From IMG/VR virus record IMGVR_UViG_3300009155_005562: 64,000 bases of DNA. One strand, 5' to 3'. This DNA is from an uncultured virus (IMG/VR IMGVR_UViG_3300009155_005562). Lineage: Duplodnaviria; Heunggongvirae; Uroviricota; Caudoviricetes. Position numbers and translations under genes: made by a program. The notes beneath the pieces are model-generated. The model had not been told where the DNA came from and did no database searches. It saw only the letters and a list, made by a program, of their open reading frames with translations. Positions 46,534 through 57,828 of the stretch are shown here, piece by piece; position 1 is the first letter of the stretch, and every line of letters begins with the position of its first letter.

Positions 46534-48096
46534 TTATTGAATGGTTTGACCTGGCTGCTGAGCAGGTTCTGAATCTTGTTCTGTATCTTGTTCAGGAGGT
46601 GGGTTGTATTGAGGGTCATCCATCTCTTGCTTAATTATTTCATCTTGTCTTTCTATTTCATCATCCGATTGACGTAGCACAACTCTACGAATCCAGTTAT
46701 GAGAAAAATACTTATCGGTATATGGATCAGCCAGAGCAAGCAAGTTAAGTCTTTCAGTAAATATTTCAGATTCCTTAAGCTCAGCGAAGTAATTGTCTTT
46801 ATTAAAGTCAAAAGAAATTCTAGAAGAAATATCACCCCAGTCGTCACTATTAATAATACCTTTAAGTATTAACTGTCTCTCCAGGCACTTAAGAAATAAT
46901 GAAGTAAATTTAAGTCTAAGTCTACCTATAAATCTTGCAAATTTAACTTCATCGCGAGAAATCTCTGTTGAGCGACCTAGAGCAAATGCTGTGTCTTGCT
47001 TTAATCTAGATGAAGGTACGTTCAGTGCTTTATAAAGATTTTCCTGGAAATAAAGAATATCGCCCATCTCACCCAGATTTTGACCAGGGGGTAGAGTTTG
47101 AACTTCCGTACCTCTACCCCCTTCACGGCGGGGGAACCAGTAATCTTCAAGCAGTGTCATGAACTTACGGTCATCACGGATCTCGCCATTAGACGCATCA
47201 TATACTAATCTATTCTTGTGACGTATCATAATATCGCGAAGATATTGCTCTGCTTTCATCTTAGGCAAATTACCTACATCTACGTAGAATATTCTTCTTT
47301 CCGGTGCTCTTGAAATTCTATAAATTACCGCAGCATCTTCTAATGTTCTTAATTGATTTAATGCTTTAATTGCTTTATGGAGATTAGAAAGAATTAGTGA
47401 GTTACTAACGTCCATAAGGCCAGATGTGATGTGTACTATACTGTCCTTGGCAATCTTAATTCCTGCAGCAGGGCTTGAAGAGGCTGATGATGCTTTATCA
47501 CTAAAGTTTTTCTCGCTGAAAAGGTAATATTCAGCTTTTGTATCAGTAATATTAATATTTGTTTTTGGATCTTTTCTTTTTCTTACTTCTTTAATTTTAC
47601 GTAGACGTCTTGGATCTACATATCTTAATTCTTGTATACCTAACTCCGGACTCTTAATATCAATTACAACGTGATAATATAGCCTGCCGTCAACATACCA
47701 TCTTCTAAAGATATCATAGCATTGCGAATTAAAGTTCAAGAGCTCTAGTACGGTAGTAAATTCTTTCTGAAAAAGCTTTTTAATGTTATCTGAAAGCCCT
47801 GTTCTGTCAAGATTCATCTTAACAATATCTTCATCAGGGTCATTAACAATGGCTTCGTTAACGATATCATCAATAGCGGAGTCCACCTCCGGGTGCATTG
47901 ACATATCACGGTATCTGTTTACTAATTGCGCTTCGGTCTTTACTGTGCCTTCAAGATCTACATACGTACCATAAGCACCACCTGCGGCCACAATAACAGC
48001 GCCGTCATCTGCTGTCTCTGGAACAAATGACGGCGTATTATCTAATTGCTGCTCGGAATCAGCAGCACGCTTTATTTCAAACCCAAATAAATTCAT
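46534..48096 (-). CDS. 20: Portal protein gp20
   Basis: WYVDGR, YRISRAPERRIFYVDVGN, EDYWFPRREG. Confidence 0.98.
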   Translation of the reverse strand: MNLFGFEIKRAADSEQQLDNTPSFVPETADDGAVIVAAGGAYGTYVDLEGTVKTEAQLVNRYRDMSMHPEVDSAIDDIVNEAIVNDPDEDIVKMNLDRTGLSDNIKKLFQKEFTTVLELLNFNSQCYDIFRRWYVDGRLYYHVVIDIKSPELGIQELRYVDPRRLRKIKEVRKRKDPKTNINITDTKAEYYLFSEKNFSDKASSASSSPAAGIKIAKDSIVHITSGLMDVSNSLILSNLHKAIKALNQLRTLEDAAVIYRISRAPERRIFYVDVGNLPKMKAEQYLRDIMIRHKNRLVYDASNGEIRDDRKFMTLLEDYWFPRREGGRGTEVQTLPPGQNLGEMGDILYFQENLYKALNVPSSRLKQDTAFALGRSTEISRDEVKFARFIGRLRLKFTSLFLKCLERQLILKGIINSDDWGDISSRISFDFNKDNYFAELKESEIFTERLNLLALADPYTDKYFSHNWIRRVVLRQSDDEIERQDEIIKQEMDDPQYNPPPEQDTEQDSEPAQQPGQTIQ

Positions 48097-48115
48097 AATT
48101 ACCTCAAATTAGTGG

Positions 48116-48667
48116 TTACGCACCACCAGCATTACCAGTAACACCTCCAGAAACTTCCCACCAATCGTACTGGAATGTGACAGTAAACTCTTCCATTTGA
48201 TCAGTTGTGCTCCAATCGACTTCAATTGGAGAGATTTCTGATGGGAATATTCCATTAAACGTATAAGTTCTGATAGGTACACCAGTTTTCGAAAACTGGG
48301 TAACCTGTGCCTGAGCCTTATACAGCAATGGGCTAGCCGAACCAAAAGCTCTTAGGTTACCTTGCTTACTTTGAATAGCATTTGACCATTCTTCCATTGC
48401 ATTTCTAATTAGGAAGTCTTCGTCGTTAATAACTGTGACAGTCCAATCAGCAAATGTTCTGTCACCTGCTAGTCTAATTTTTCTACCAAAGTAAGGGACT
48501 TCCATTACCCCTAGCGTTGAAGCAGGGATTTGAGCAGCTCTTACTAAGAATGGTACCTTAATGTCAGCAACACCATTTACTGGGTTGTTAATTGTAACCT
48601 GGAAGAGCGAGTTTCTCGCCCCACCATAGGTTAACTGACTTCTAATTTCGTTAATATTAAATGCCAT
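48116..48667 (-). CDS. 19: Tail tube protein gp19
   Basis: GGAR..LF, AGDRTFADWTVT, EEFTVTFQY. Confidence 0.96.
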   Translation of the reverse strand: MAFNINEIRSQLTYGGARNSLFQVTINNPVNGVADIKVPFLVRAAQIPASTLGVMEVPYFGRKIRLAGDRTFADWTVTVINDEDFLIRNAMEEWSNAIQSKQGNLRAFGSASPLLYKAQAQVTQFSKTGVPIRTYTFNGIFPSEISPIEVDWSTTDQMEEFTVTFQYDWWEVSGGVTGNAGGA

Positions 48668-48694
48668 GTCTATTCTCCTTAATTTTATTTATGA

Positions 48695-50811
48695 TCAAAA
48701 TTGACCAACAATTTCTGAGAATTCGACACCAGTTCTCACTGCTACGAAGTTCAACTGGATGAAGTTGATTGACTTCGCAGGTTTAATATAGATGTCACCA
48801 ACGAACTCATTTCTATCAACAACCTCTGGGGTGTTGTTGGTTTCATCGCAGACGACCTTAAAGTCGTAAATACCACGACGACCTTGAACATCACGCAGGA
48901 ATGGTTCTACTAGATTCTTAAACTGAGCTCTTGTGAACTGATCGTTAAACTCGAATAGAGTGAACTTGGCAGCTGTAGCAATTGCTTTCTCAAGTACAAT
49001 GAACAATCTACGAACGTTAATGCGGTCGAAAGCTGATGGCTTGCTTAAGAGTGTCTTATCTCCGAATAGCAGAGTGCCTTGTCCGGGGAATGTTACTACC
49101 GGATTAACTCCATTCTTATAAAGAATGTCGCGCTCTGACTTATTAGGATTATAAGATAGTTTAACTGTATTCTTAATAATACCTCTGTTGAACCCTGCTG
49201 GTGAGAACCATGGGTCTCTGGTATCATCTGTACGAACACATAGACCAGCTACGTCACCATTTAACGGAATATATCTATAGATGTCGTTATACTTGTCGTA
49301 TTGATACTTATAGCCTGAATCTAAAACAGCATAGGATGTGCTGGATAGACTATTTCTAAAGTCAACTACGTCAGCATATTCATCTTGACCGGAATTTTGA
49401 ACAACGTCGGCCTTATCTGGAGAGATGAAAGCAACGCAATCTTTTCTTGTTTCGCAGATGTTATCAATAATATGATTAGCAAGCTGAGTAGTATTTGTAC
49501 CACCCTTTGCCTTACCTTGCAGAATTAACGAGACGTCAACATCTTCGGCTGACTTAAATCTATCGTACCCGGCAGTAATAACCCCTATCGATACGTTAGC
49601 TTCGTCTTGACCATCTGATCCGTAGCTAAACGAAAGGCTTATAGCGATATTATTTGATTGCGAGGTAATAGCACTTGCATTGGCTGTATAGCCGGCAGCT
49701 CTGTTAGCGTTGTAATAGACGTAACCTGAATTTTGATTAATAACATCTCTTACATAATTTGAGTTGCCGTCAGATGTCTTAGCATCAGTAGCTCTTGAAA
49801 GTCCTTGATATACCTCTAGAATGGTACCAGGAATACCAGTAAATACACCATCTTGATCTGCCACTACTACATGTACCTCGTCAACAGCAGCTGAATTACC
49901 AAAATCTGCTGTGTATGTAGAGGTGCTTGGAGCAGCATCAACGTTGAAAGCATATTCCCAGTAGCGCTTTAGATATCCTGCAGCAACTGTTTCTACGTTA
50001 GCGGCTTCATTGTTACCAAATGATACTAGTGAATACTTTTGATCTGTATTAACTGTAAAGTATGCATGAGTAGCGTTTGTTGTAACACCGCTAATAGCTG
50101 TTACTTTTAGGTATTGAGTGCCTATTGAAGAATTACCTACCTCGATTAAATCACCAGCACTTAATAGCCCGCTTACTGTAGTGGCTCTTGCACTAGCTTC
50201 TGAAACAGTACCGGTCGAGCTGTTCGCTATCTTAACTGTAACTGTATTGCTGCCGTTTGTAGCAACTATAGATGTTAATTGGCCGTTGGCACTTAGGTTA
50301 GCATCACCGTTACGAAGCGTTGTGTTTGAAAAGAAAGTATTTGGTGTATCGCAGACCGAGACTTTTAAAGAGTTTCCAATTGCACCTGGATATCTAGCAA
50401 TATATCTTACGTTCGTTTCTGATGCAAGATTAGTAGTAACGGTAGAATCTAAGAAATGATCTTCGTTCTTAACTAATAAGTTTGTATTAGAAGTAACAGC
50501 GCCGACGTTAGCATAGGCTGTTAGCACACCGCTAGCACCTGTAGCATCGGTAGTATTAGCTGCTCTAACTACATAAAGCTTATTACCGTAGGCTAAGAAG
50601 TTAGCAGCTGTAAAGAATGTTTCCGCATTGTGATTGGTAGGCTTACCAAAGCGGGCAACTAGAGTATTTTCTGAATCAACTAAAACACGTTTTTCTACAG
50701 GTCCCCAACGAAACACACCAGCAAGTGCGCCTTCTGTTGAAGATACTGCAGGGACAACCGTCTTAAGTCAATTTCAGATACGTTAACACCTGGACTGACT
50801 TGAAATGGCAT
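48695..50811 (-). CDS. 18: Tail sheath protein gp18, frameshifted near 50762 as sequenced
   Basis: MPFQVSPGVNVSEIDL in one frame, TVVPAVSSTEGALAGVFRWGP in another; PWFSPAG, FDRINVRRLF. Confidence 0.93.
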
Positions 50812-50886
50812 TTTATTCTCCCCTCAAAGGTTTTTTGTTTAGCATAGTATGACAAGACTATCTGTTGTATTTATAAATTGTAAGAA

Positions 50887-52518
50887 TTAACTAGCCATCC
50901 ATTGATTAAAGGACATTTGCTCATCATCAAGGTTAACAATCCTAGGCACTTCTTCTACTTGAATTCCTTTATCAATAACTCCAAAAGGAGCTAGTTCTTC
51001 TTCTATTCTCTGCACATTATCATCATATAAGTTTTTTCTGACGTTTGAATTAACTATTTCTTTAAAATAACTTTGATCTGCTAGCCAGGAAAACAAAACA
51101 CAACACATAACTAAATCATCATTACCTTCTTCTGCTTCATAGGTTGTTCCATTACTAACAAATCTATACATCTCATTAATAGTAGCGAAATCACATATTA
51201 TTAGCTTATCGCTTTCTACTAGTGTTTTAAAGTTAGAGCAACCTAACTTCTTAACTGCTTTAGTAGTTCTTACCCCGGCGTGTGTCTGTTGAGAAAAACC
51301 TCCAGACATTACCACACCTCTTGAGGTGTGGCTATGAGAAAAAACTAAATTATCATATTCCAAATCATGCTGCAAAATATCAGCTACTTGCTGTCCTATA
51401 TCGTTTGTTTCTACTAAGACCATAGCACTGTTATAATGCATAGCTAATCTGTAAACGATATTAGGGTAAAGTAGAGGATCTATTTCTCTATTCCTGTAAC
51501 TCGCTACATCTTTATAAGGAAAGGTTGTTACATCGAAAATTTTAAATGCTGAGTAGTCACCTTCCTTACCTCTTGCTGTATCAACCGTAACACAGTAAAT
51601 ATTATTTTGAACTGGATGCTCGTGTATCTTTAAATATTCATCTGATTGAATAGGTGACTTATAAACTAGGGTCCTAAGTTTTGCAGCACTTATGAGAGTA
51701 GATGATGAGCCTAAAAACTCGCACTCAAATTCTTGTCTGAATTGTTCTTCAGACGTATTGCGAATCATTTCCTCTTTCCAAGCATGATCACGGCCAGGAA
51801 CTTGACTCCAATGTACATCTATTCTATGGTAAGAATTCCTACCTGCCTCACTATCCGCCCAAAGCTTATAAAAAAGATTAAGCCCGTTAGGTGTAGATGT
51901 AATTAATACCTTGGTAGTTTCACCAGATGATATTGTTGGAAAGACCGAATTAAAAAATGATTCTTGAATATTAGCGGGTACGAAGGCAAACTCATCAAGG
52001 TAAACAAAGTTTTGAGATGTACCTCTTATAGCTGATGAGGCAGTAGAGCTTGCTTGAATCTTTGAACCGTTTTCCAGTTCAACATTACCTTTGTTCCATT
52101 CTACAATACCTTGCTGCAACCACTTAGGCATATGCTCATAAGCTAGCTGAATACGTGATAGAATTTCACGTGCTTGTTTTTCTTTATGTGCTAGTATAGC
52201 AACAGAATAGTTTTCATTAAATAAAACTCTGTGCATTATTATACCTACAACAACAGTTGTCTTACCAACCTGCCGTGGCATCTTACATATTACAAATCTT
52301 TCTTTATCCGATAGATTAATAATATTCTTTTGATAGTCATAAGGCTTAAATGGAATTAAACCTCTGTCTACGTTAACAATCTTTACATAATTTTCAATAA
52401 AATAAACTGGATCTCGAGCGCACTTTACAAATTCAGTGACTTGATCTCGAGTCCATTCTAGTTCAACATAGCTACGTTTTAGGTTTCTATTACCTAGATA
52501 CGACTCATTCTGTGCCAT
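50887..52518 (-). CDS. 17: Terminase large subunit gp17
   Basis: PRQVGKTT, YLDEFAF, STPNG, DDLVM. Confidence 0.97.
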   Translation of the reverse strand: MAQNESYLGNRNLKRSYVELEWTRDQVTEFVKCARDPVYFIENYVKIVNVDRGLIPFKPYDYQKNIINLSDKERFVICKMPRQVGKTTVVVGIIMHRVLFNENYSVAILAHKEKQAREILSRIQLAYEHMPKWLQQGIVEWNKGNVELENGSKIQASSTASSAIRGTSQNFVYLDEFAFVPANIQESFFNSVFPTISSGETTKVLITSTPNGLNLFYKLWADSEAGRNSYHRIDVHWSQVPGRDHAWKEEMIRNTSEEQFRQEFECEFLGSSSTLISAAKLRTLVYKSPIQSDEYLKIHEHPVQNNIYCVTVDTARGKEGDYSAFKIFDVTTFPYKDVASYRNREIDPLLYPNIVYRLAMHYNSAMVLVETNDIGQQVADILQHDLEYDNLVFSHSHTSRGVVMSGGFSQQTHAGVRTTKAVKKLGCSNFKTLVESDKLIICDFATINEMYRFVSNGTTYEAEEGNDDLVMCCVLFSWLADQSYFKEIVNSNVRKNLYDDNVQRIEEELAPFGVIDKGIQVEEVPRIVNLDDEQMSFNQWMAS

Positions 52519-52882
52519 TTTGTTGCTTTATTAATTTTTGCAGCTCAGCAGTACTACCAACAAAGAGGTTATTATGTACTGTAGTCGGCTTTGCCTCGTC
52601 CTTAAGGATTTCTTTTTTCTTTTTTGTTAATTCTAAAAGATCTTTGTTTGTTTCCGCCATAGTTTTAATAAGATTAGCGGCTACCTCATAACTTCTAGGA
52701 TGCTGGGACATACCTGCTACCTGCAATATGCCGTCTAAAGCTTCATTGCCTTTTTCAATAATATTAAGCATATTGCCACGTGCATACTCAAAATCATCTT
52801 CAACTGTAGGGCCTCTATCAAGAACCTCTACCTTATCGTTTAAGGGAGGGAGATTTAGAGCCTTAGAAATTTCATCGCTCAT
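52505..52882 (-). CDS. 16: Terminase small subunit gp16
   Basis: DDFEYAR, HPRSYEV, FVGSTAEL. Confidence 0.93.
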   Translation of the reverse strand: MSDEISKALNLPPLNDKVEVLDRGPTVEDDFEYARGNMLNIIEKGNEALDGILQVAGMSQHPRSYEVAANLIKTMAETNKDLLELTKKKKEILKDEAKPTTVHNNLFVGSTAELQKLIKQQNGTE

Positions 52883-53700
52883 TATACACTCGTTGTTGTA
52901 ATAATATAATCCCAGTCGTCTGATTCTTTGATTAGTGTTCTATCTATTGTAAGCTGAGAATTAGTTGTAGGTGAACCATTAGCTAGTAGACCTGGAATAA
53001 TGGTTACATTCTCTTCTGGTGATGTAGCTAATGATGAATTCGATGTATAGAAGTTTACATTGGCAAGAGTAATAACACCACCAGACTTGATTGGCCCAAA
53101 TAGATAGCCTTTCATTGTAAAATCTAGTTTCCAGGTTATAAGTCTTCTCTCTTCAAATCCACCTTCATAGGTGTCTTCAGACGTTACATTTTTTATTACT
53201 ACTGGAATGTCCATCTTGACATCTAATTCTGGAATAATATTAAGTGTAGCAGTCCAGTCAGGAGTAAAATATGGTAAAATTTGTTCAAGTATTCTTGTGC
53301 CATCTTCTGCATTTTTAACATATATGTTTAAAGAAAAGTCTATATCATATGGAACTGGATTATAGACGTACTTTAATCTTTCTTCTGCAGTTGGATGGGT
53401 CTTAAGATGTCCTTTATTAATTGTAGTTAACTTTCTAGATGAATCATAGCTTAATGACTCAATTTCAAAGGACATTCTAGGAAGTACAATTGCAGTGGGT
53501 CTAGTAAGATTTGGATCTCCATCTAGCCTAGCAAGGGTCTTTTGTTTTGGACCATAACTGATAGGAACTCTTAGAGTTGCATATGAAGCAGCATTACCGG
53601 TCTGACCGTCATCTCTATTAATGTAGATGTCATTAAATAGAGTGCCAAAATAGGTTACATACTTGCGAATAGTTCTATGATAAAATGTCTGATTAAACAT
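52882..53700 (-). CDS. 15: Tail sheath stabiliser gp15
   Basis: FGTLFNDI, LPRMSFE, EQILPYF. Confidence 0.93.
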   Translation of the reverse strand: MFNQTFYHRTIRKYVTYFGTLFNDIYINRDDGQTGNAASYATLRVPISYGPKQKTLARLDGDPNLTRPTAIVLPRMSFEIESLSYDSSRKLTTINKGHLKTHPTAEERLKYVYNPVPYDIDFSLNIYVKNAEDGTRILEQILPYFTPDWTATLNIIPELDVKMDIPVVIKNVTSEDTYEGGFEERRLITWKLDFTMKGYLFGPIKSGGVITLANVNFYTSNSSLATSPEENVTIIPGLLANGSPTTNSQLTIDRTLIKESDDWDYIITTTSV

Positions 53701-54431
53701 CAGTAAGCTCCTTCACTGAACGGATCTTTTTCAGAGAAGTCGACAAAATCAGATGCTTCATTCTGTATTTCGCTGATATCGTCTATAACATTAGTGCCAA
53801 TAGATGCGCCCTCAGTGACTAACTGAAATCCATCTTCATCTAGAAGGAAATCAGAGTATCCACCGGTTGTTTCATATTTAAGACCAAATGCAACAACATC
53901 TATAGTAAAGTTGTCATATAAGTTATCAATATCAGAATACCCAGTAATAAATCTTTCATTACTATATTCAAATAGCTCGCACGTAATATCAAATGTTTGC
54001 AGTGCACCTAATTGATAAAAGATAGCTTCATGCTCGACAAATTTAATTTCAAATATTTTATTATTAAGCGGGAAGTAAATTAAGTCGCCTTCTCTAGGTC
54101 TTACTATGGCTTCTAAACTCCCTACTTCTTCATTAAAGACTCTGCGAGCGACTGTAAATGTAACTTGATCTCTAATTTCTAAGTTGAATTTTGATAAAAA
54201 ATCTCCGTCACCTTTAAACCCATCAACATTTTTAATATACATTTCGATAGGATACACTATTCTAAATTCAGAAACCGGATCCTCGCCATAGATATTATCA
54301 AAGTTAACTCTTGTTCTAGGGAGATAGAACAAATCATGACCATAGATTTTAATAGACTCTACTACTAAATTTTCTATTAAAAGCTGCTCTTGGCTGCTTT
54401 GAAAGTTATTAAAATAGAAATTGGTTGCCAA
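53700..54431 (-). CDS. 14: Neck protein gp14
   Basis: ESIKIYG, RPREGDLIYFP, CELFEYS. Confidence 0.93.
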   Translation of the reverse strand: MATNFYFNNFQSSQEQLLIENLVVESIKIYGHDLFYLPRTRVNFDNIYGEDPVSEFRIVYPIEMYIKNVDGFKGDGDFLSKFNLEIRDQVTFTVARRVFNEEVGSLEAIVRPREGDLIYFPLNNKIFEIKFVEHEAIFYQLGALQTFDITCELFEYSNERFITGYSDIDNLYDNFTIDVVAFGLKYETTGGYSDFLLDEDGFQLVTEGASIGTNVIDDISEIQNEASDFVDFSEKDPFSEGAY

Positions 54432-54434
54432 TGC

Positions 54435-55178
54435 TTATCCAATCATATCCATTACTGGAAGGCTGTAAGAGTTAATCATTTCATCTTCTAGCTTATCTAT
54501 TTGAGTTTTAGCATCATCCATTATCTTCTCACCGTTAAACTGAACACCACCAGGGAGCTGGAGTCCGCTAAACTTTGTTAAGTTTGTTCCCCATTGATAC
54601 TTAAGTTTAGCTGTGCAATACTCTTGTAGCCAGCGATCACCCCATGCATCTGTAAAGGTACTAGGGTCTATAACTTCATAAGCCTCAACTAAAAGGTATT
54701 CGCCTGCTTTAATTCTTTCCCATTCCATGTCGATGAATAGCTTATTTGTGTGTCTGTTATAACGAATGGGCTGCTGGCCAACCAAAACTTCTTGAATAAG
54801 ATTAAGATGCATCATGGTCATATAATATGGAACCATACTTACTGATGTAAGTGTATACAAGTCGTTTAGAGCAATTTGATATTGTATGTTAAAGAGATCT
54901 CTGCTACCTGTAATCATTCCACCTACTGGGAATATTCTTACAGCTCCAATTATATTTTCAGGTAAAATAATATATTTGTTTGTCTTGTTTAATTCTGTTA
55001 CTTGATGTTTGTAATAAGTTTTTTCAGAACCATCAAAGTGGTAGTCATAGTAATATTTTAATGATTCGTCAATTCTATCTTCGACTTGATCGTCGTCTAC
55101 GTTAATTTCTATAACGGGCTTGCCAAGCTTTCTAAGGCAATACTCTTTAAATTCACTTCTTGTGGTAGGAACGGCCAT
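54435..55178 (-). CDS. 13: Neck protein gp13
   Basis: YCLRKLGKPVIEINV, LPGGVQFNG. Confidence 0.94.
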   Translation of the reverse strand: MAVPTTRSEFKEYCLRKLGKPVIEINVDDDQVEDRIDESLKYYYDYHFDGSEKTYYKHQVTELNKTNKYIILPENIIGAVRIFPVGGMITGSRDLFNIQYQIALNDLYTLTSVSMVPYYMTMMHLNLIQEVLVGQQPIRYNRHTNKLFIDMEWERIKAGEYLLVEAYEVIDPSTFTDAWGDRWLQEYCTAKLKYQWGTNLTKFSGLQLPGGVQFNGEKIMDDAKTQIDKLEDEMINSYSLPVMDMIG

Positions 55179-55190
55179 AGTGATCTCCTT

Positions 55191-55973
55191 TTAGGTAATA
55201 CTATTTAGCCATTCAGAAACAGTAAGATATTTATGTGATATATGATACTTTGCTTTAGTATAGGATTGATATTTGCCAATCAGATGCTTTGGAAACTCTA
55301 CTGTTTTTATTTCACCGCTGTATTTTTTAGCTACAAGTCTTGCAACCTCTGCAAATGATATAGGGTTTGATGTACCAACATCGTATATACCGGTACTTAA
55401 CTCGCTCAAGGTAATGCTAACAACATCATCCACTGATACGAAGTCCCTATAGAAATGTTCTGAGCCTTCAAATAGTTCTATAGGTTTTCCATCTCTAATA
55501 TTTTCTGTAAATTTAAAAATAGGACTAGACTGATGTCCTTTACGTTCATCAGACCCATAAACGTTAAAATATCTAAGCCCAGTAATCTTGTTAAATTTAT
55601 CGATATTATCGAGTACGTAGTAGTCAATAGTAGATTTAGAAAGTGCGTAGTAGTTAAGCGGATTTATTACGTCTAATGAATTGCCATAAACTGAAGCTGA
55701 AGAAGCATAGACGACAGGGATATTATACTCTATAGCTTTATTAAGAAGCTGTTGGCTATAAAGAATATTATACTCATAGATGTGATTAATATCCTTACAG
55801 GTAGTATCTGAAATAGCACCTAGATGTATAATTTTATTTATTTTTGCCCAGTCAGTAAGATTTAAAGTGACAAATACATTATCACTAATTAAATCAGAGC
55901 ACATTACTGGAGTGTTAATCTTCTTAAGAAGATTCCTACCGATAAACCCTTTATGGCCAGTTAGGAATATCAT
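55191..55973 (-). CDS. hldD: ADP-L-glycero-D-manno-heptose 6-epimerase (HldD/RfaD-like)
   Basis: TGHKGFIG, HLGAISDT, YASSASVYG, YALSK, LRYFNVYG, RDFV. Confidence 0.85.
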   Translation of the reverse strand: MIFLTGHKGFIGRNLLKKINTPVMCSDLISDNVFVTLNLTDWAKINKIIHLGAISDTTCKDINHIYEYNILYSQQLLNKAIEYNIPVVYASSASVYGNSLDVINPLNYYALSKSTIDYYVLDNIDKFNKITGLRYFNVYGSDERKGHQSSPIFKFTENIRDGKPIELFEGSEHFYRDFVSVDDVVSITLSELSTGIYDVGTSNPISFAEVARLVAKKYSGEIKTVEFPKHLIGKYQSYTKAKYHISHKYLTVSEWLNSIT

Positions 55974-56274
55974 TAAAAAAAGCCTTATCGTTAAACGCCT
56001 TGTCGTCGATCCATATATCGTAGGATGGCTTGCCAAGTCTTAGCTCAGAATACTTTACCCCCCATTCATCTAGCTGTCGCTGTGTAAGCTCAGAATGATC
56101 TATACCCGATGTAGATCCTCTTGCAGTCCAGTAGATAATAGTATGACCTTCATCATAAAGCTTATTCATCCTTTCTATTCTATCAACAATGGGTGTATGC
56201 TTAATGTACACCCATTGACCGTTCTCCTTTACAGGATTACAGATAGTTCCATCAATATCACAAATTATTACCAT
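55951..56274 (-). CDS. HAD-family phosphatase
   Basis: DIDGTI, WTAR, GKP, IDDK. Confidence 0.8.
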   Translation of the reverse strand: MVIICDIDGTICNPVKENGQWVYIKHTPIVDRIERMNKLYDEGHTIIYWTARGSTSGIDHSELTQRQLDEWGVKYSELRLGKPSYDIWIDDKAFNDKAFFNDIPNWP

Positions 56275-56659
56275 AGTTTAAAATTTTAGTTGTTGAATAA
56301 CCAGGGATATAGTTAAAAATAATAACATCTTTAACTAATTCTTTACCAATAACCGACTCTTTTGTATAATCACCACCCTTTACTAAAGCGTCAGGTTTTA
56401 TTTTTTTTATAATTTCGTACGGTGTATCTTCATCAAATATAATAACATCATCAACAAATTTAATAGACTTTAACATAAAGTATCTATCAGCTTCATTATT
56501 AAAAGGTCTATCTGCGCCTTTAAGTCTTTTAATAGATTGATCACTATTTAAGCCTACTACTAACCTTGTATCAGCAAAACATTCTTTGCAGAATTTTAAA
56601 AGCTCTATATGCCCGCGATGAAGTATGTCAAAGCAGCCGTTTGTAAAGACAGTCTTCAT
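56258..56659 (-). CDS. HldE domain II-like nucleotidyltransferase
   Basis: FTNGCFDILHRGH, GLNSD, KGGDY, YSTT. Confidence 0.88.
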   Translation of the reverse strand: MKTVFTNGCFDILHRGHIELLKFCKECFADTRLVVGLNSDQSIKRLKGADRPFNNEADRYFMLKSIKFVDDVIIFDEDTPYEIIKKIKPDALVKGGDYTKESVIGKELVKDVIIFNYIPGYSTTKILNYGNNL

Positions 56660-57428
56660 ATTCTTTAGAATTTAACACGTAGGTGCCTACTTTTGTTACT
56701 GATAAGGATGCCATTTCGCTTGCTACTTCAGCAGCATTAAAGAAGTCTAAATCTAATTCTATACCTCGAGCTAGCGCAGCTACAAAGACATCTCCGGCTC
56801 CAGTAACATCCATTACTTCTACTTTGGAGGGAGAGATGACTCTATATTTACTACCATACAGCATATGAGTATTTTCTTCACCACAAGTAACTATAATACC
56901 TCTAATATTAAATTTGTTACTGATATATCTTAATGATTCTTCGTTAGGTGGGCATTTGCAACTATCCCAGAACTCCTTATAGTTAGCCTTGAGTATGGTA
57001 CAGTCTTGATAGTTGTCAAATGTTTTCTTTGGATCTACTATTGTAATACATTGTTTTATATTACAGTCTTTTATTATTTGCTTTATATTATGAAGTATTC
57101 CTTTATTATAATCACTAAGAACTATAATATCATTCTTTCTTATAAAGTTATAATCTATTTCTACAGGACAGTACTGCTCTTCATCCACTCTTGCAATAAT
57201 TTTATCATTACAAAATATTCTTAGCTTATGCGGTATTTTATAATTAGTGTCTGTATAGCATTGAGCATTTGTAAGAGCTGAGATATTTTTAAATACATTA
57301 CCCGCACCGCCAGATTTAGTTTCTTTCCTAATTTTTTCTACAATAGGAATATATGCTTCTGGTGATTGCCTAGATGTAGTACCAAACCAGTATTCATCTT
57401 CTATTAAATCACCTATAACTTTAATCAT
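56628..57428 (-). CDS. HldE domain I-like PfkB sugar kinase
   Basis: R.SPEA..P, GGAGNV, SDYNKG, VDPK, DVTGAGD. Confidence 0.85.
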   Translation of the reverse strand: MIKVIGDLIEDEYWFGTTSRQSPEAYIPIVEKIRKETKSGGAGNVFKNISALTNAQCYTDTNYKIPHKLRIFCNDKIIARVDEEQYCPVEIDYNFIRKNDIIVLSDYNKGILHNIKQIIKDCNIKQCITIVDPKKTFDNYQDCTILKANYKEFWDSCKCPPNEESLRYISNKFNIRGIIVTCGEENTHMLYGSKYRVISPSKVEVMDVTGAGDVFVAALARGIELDLDFFNAAEVASEMASLSVTKVGTYVLNSKEYEDCLYKRLL

Positions 57429-57828
57429 TAGTTATATCTTTTATAATGTGTAATAAATTATCGTTATAGTTCCAGGATGTAATCCTGAAGTTATAATCCG
57501 GTTCTGTAAATATTTTATCAGTATCCGGGTATCTACTAGACTTTATAGTATCCATCCAGATAGTATAATCAGCGTCAAATATTTCTCTCTGTTCCTTTAG
57601 CGGTGCTACAAAATCAACTATTACAAATTCTTTATTGCAGTTAAATGAAAGCTCTCTAAGTCTTTTTGCTTGATTAATTCTACCTTGAAAACTAAAATCC
57701 CAGTCATTGAATTCCTGTCTCACTTTATCTGCATTAATTCTTGCTACGGAGGGTAGAAGGTCTTTGAGCTTATCAGACAAAAAAGTCTTACCGGAGCCAG
57801 GTAGCCCCATAACTAAAACTCTCTTCAC
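57421..57828 (-). CDS. Adenylylsulfate kinase-like P-loop kinase
   Basis: GLPGSGKT, NAD.VR, DWDFS..GR..QA, DFVAP. Confidence 0.65.
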   Translation of the reverse strand: MKRVLVMGLPGSGKTFLSDKLKDLLPSVARINADKVRQEFNDWDFSFQGRINQAKRLRELSFNCNKEFVIVDFVAPLKEQREIFDADYTIWMDTIKSSRYPDTDKIFTEPDYNFRITSWNYNDNLLHIIKDITND

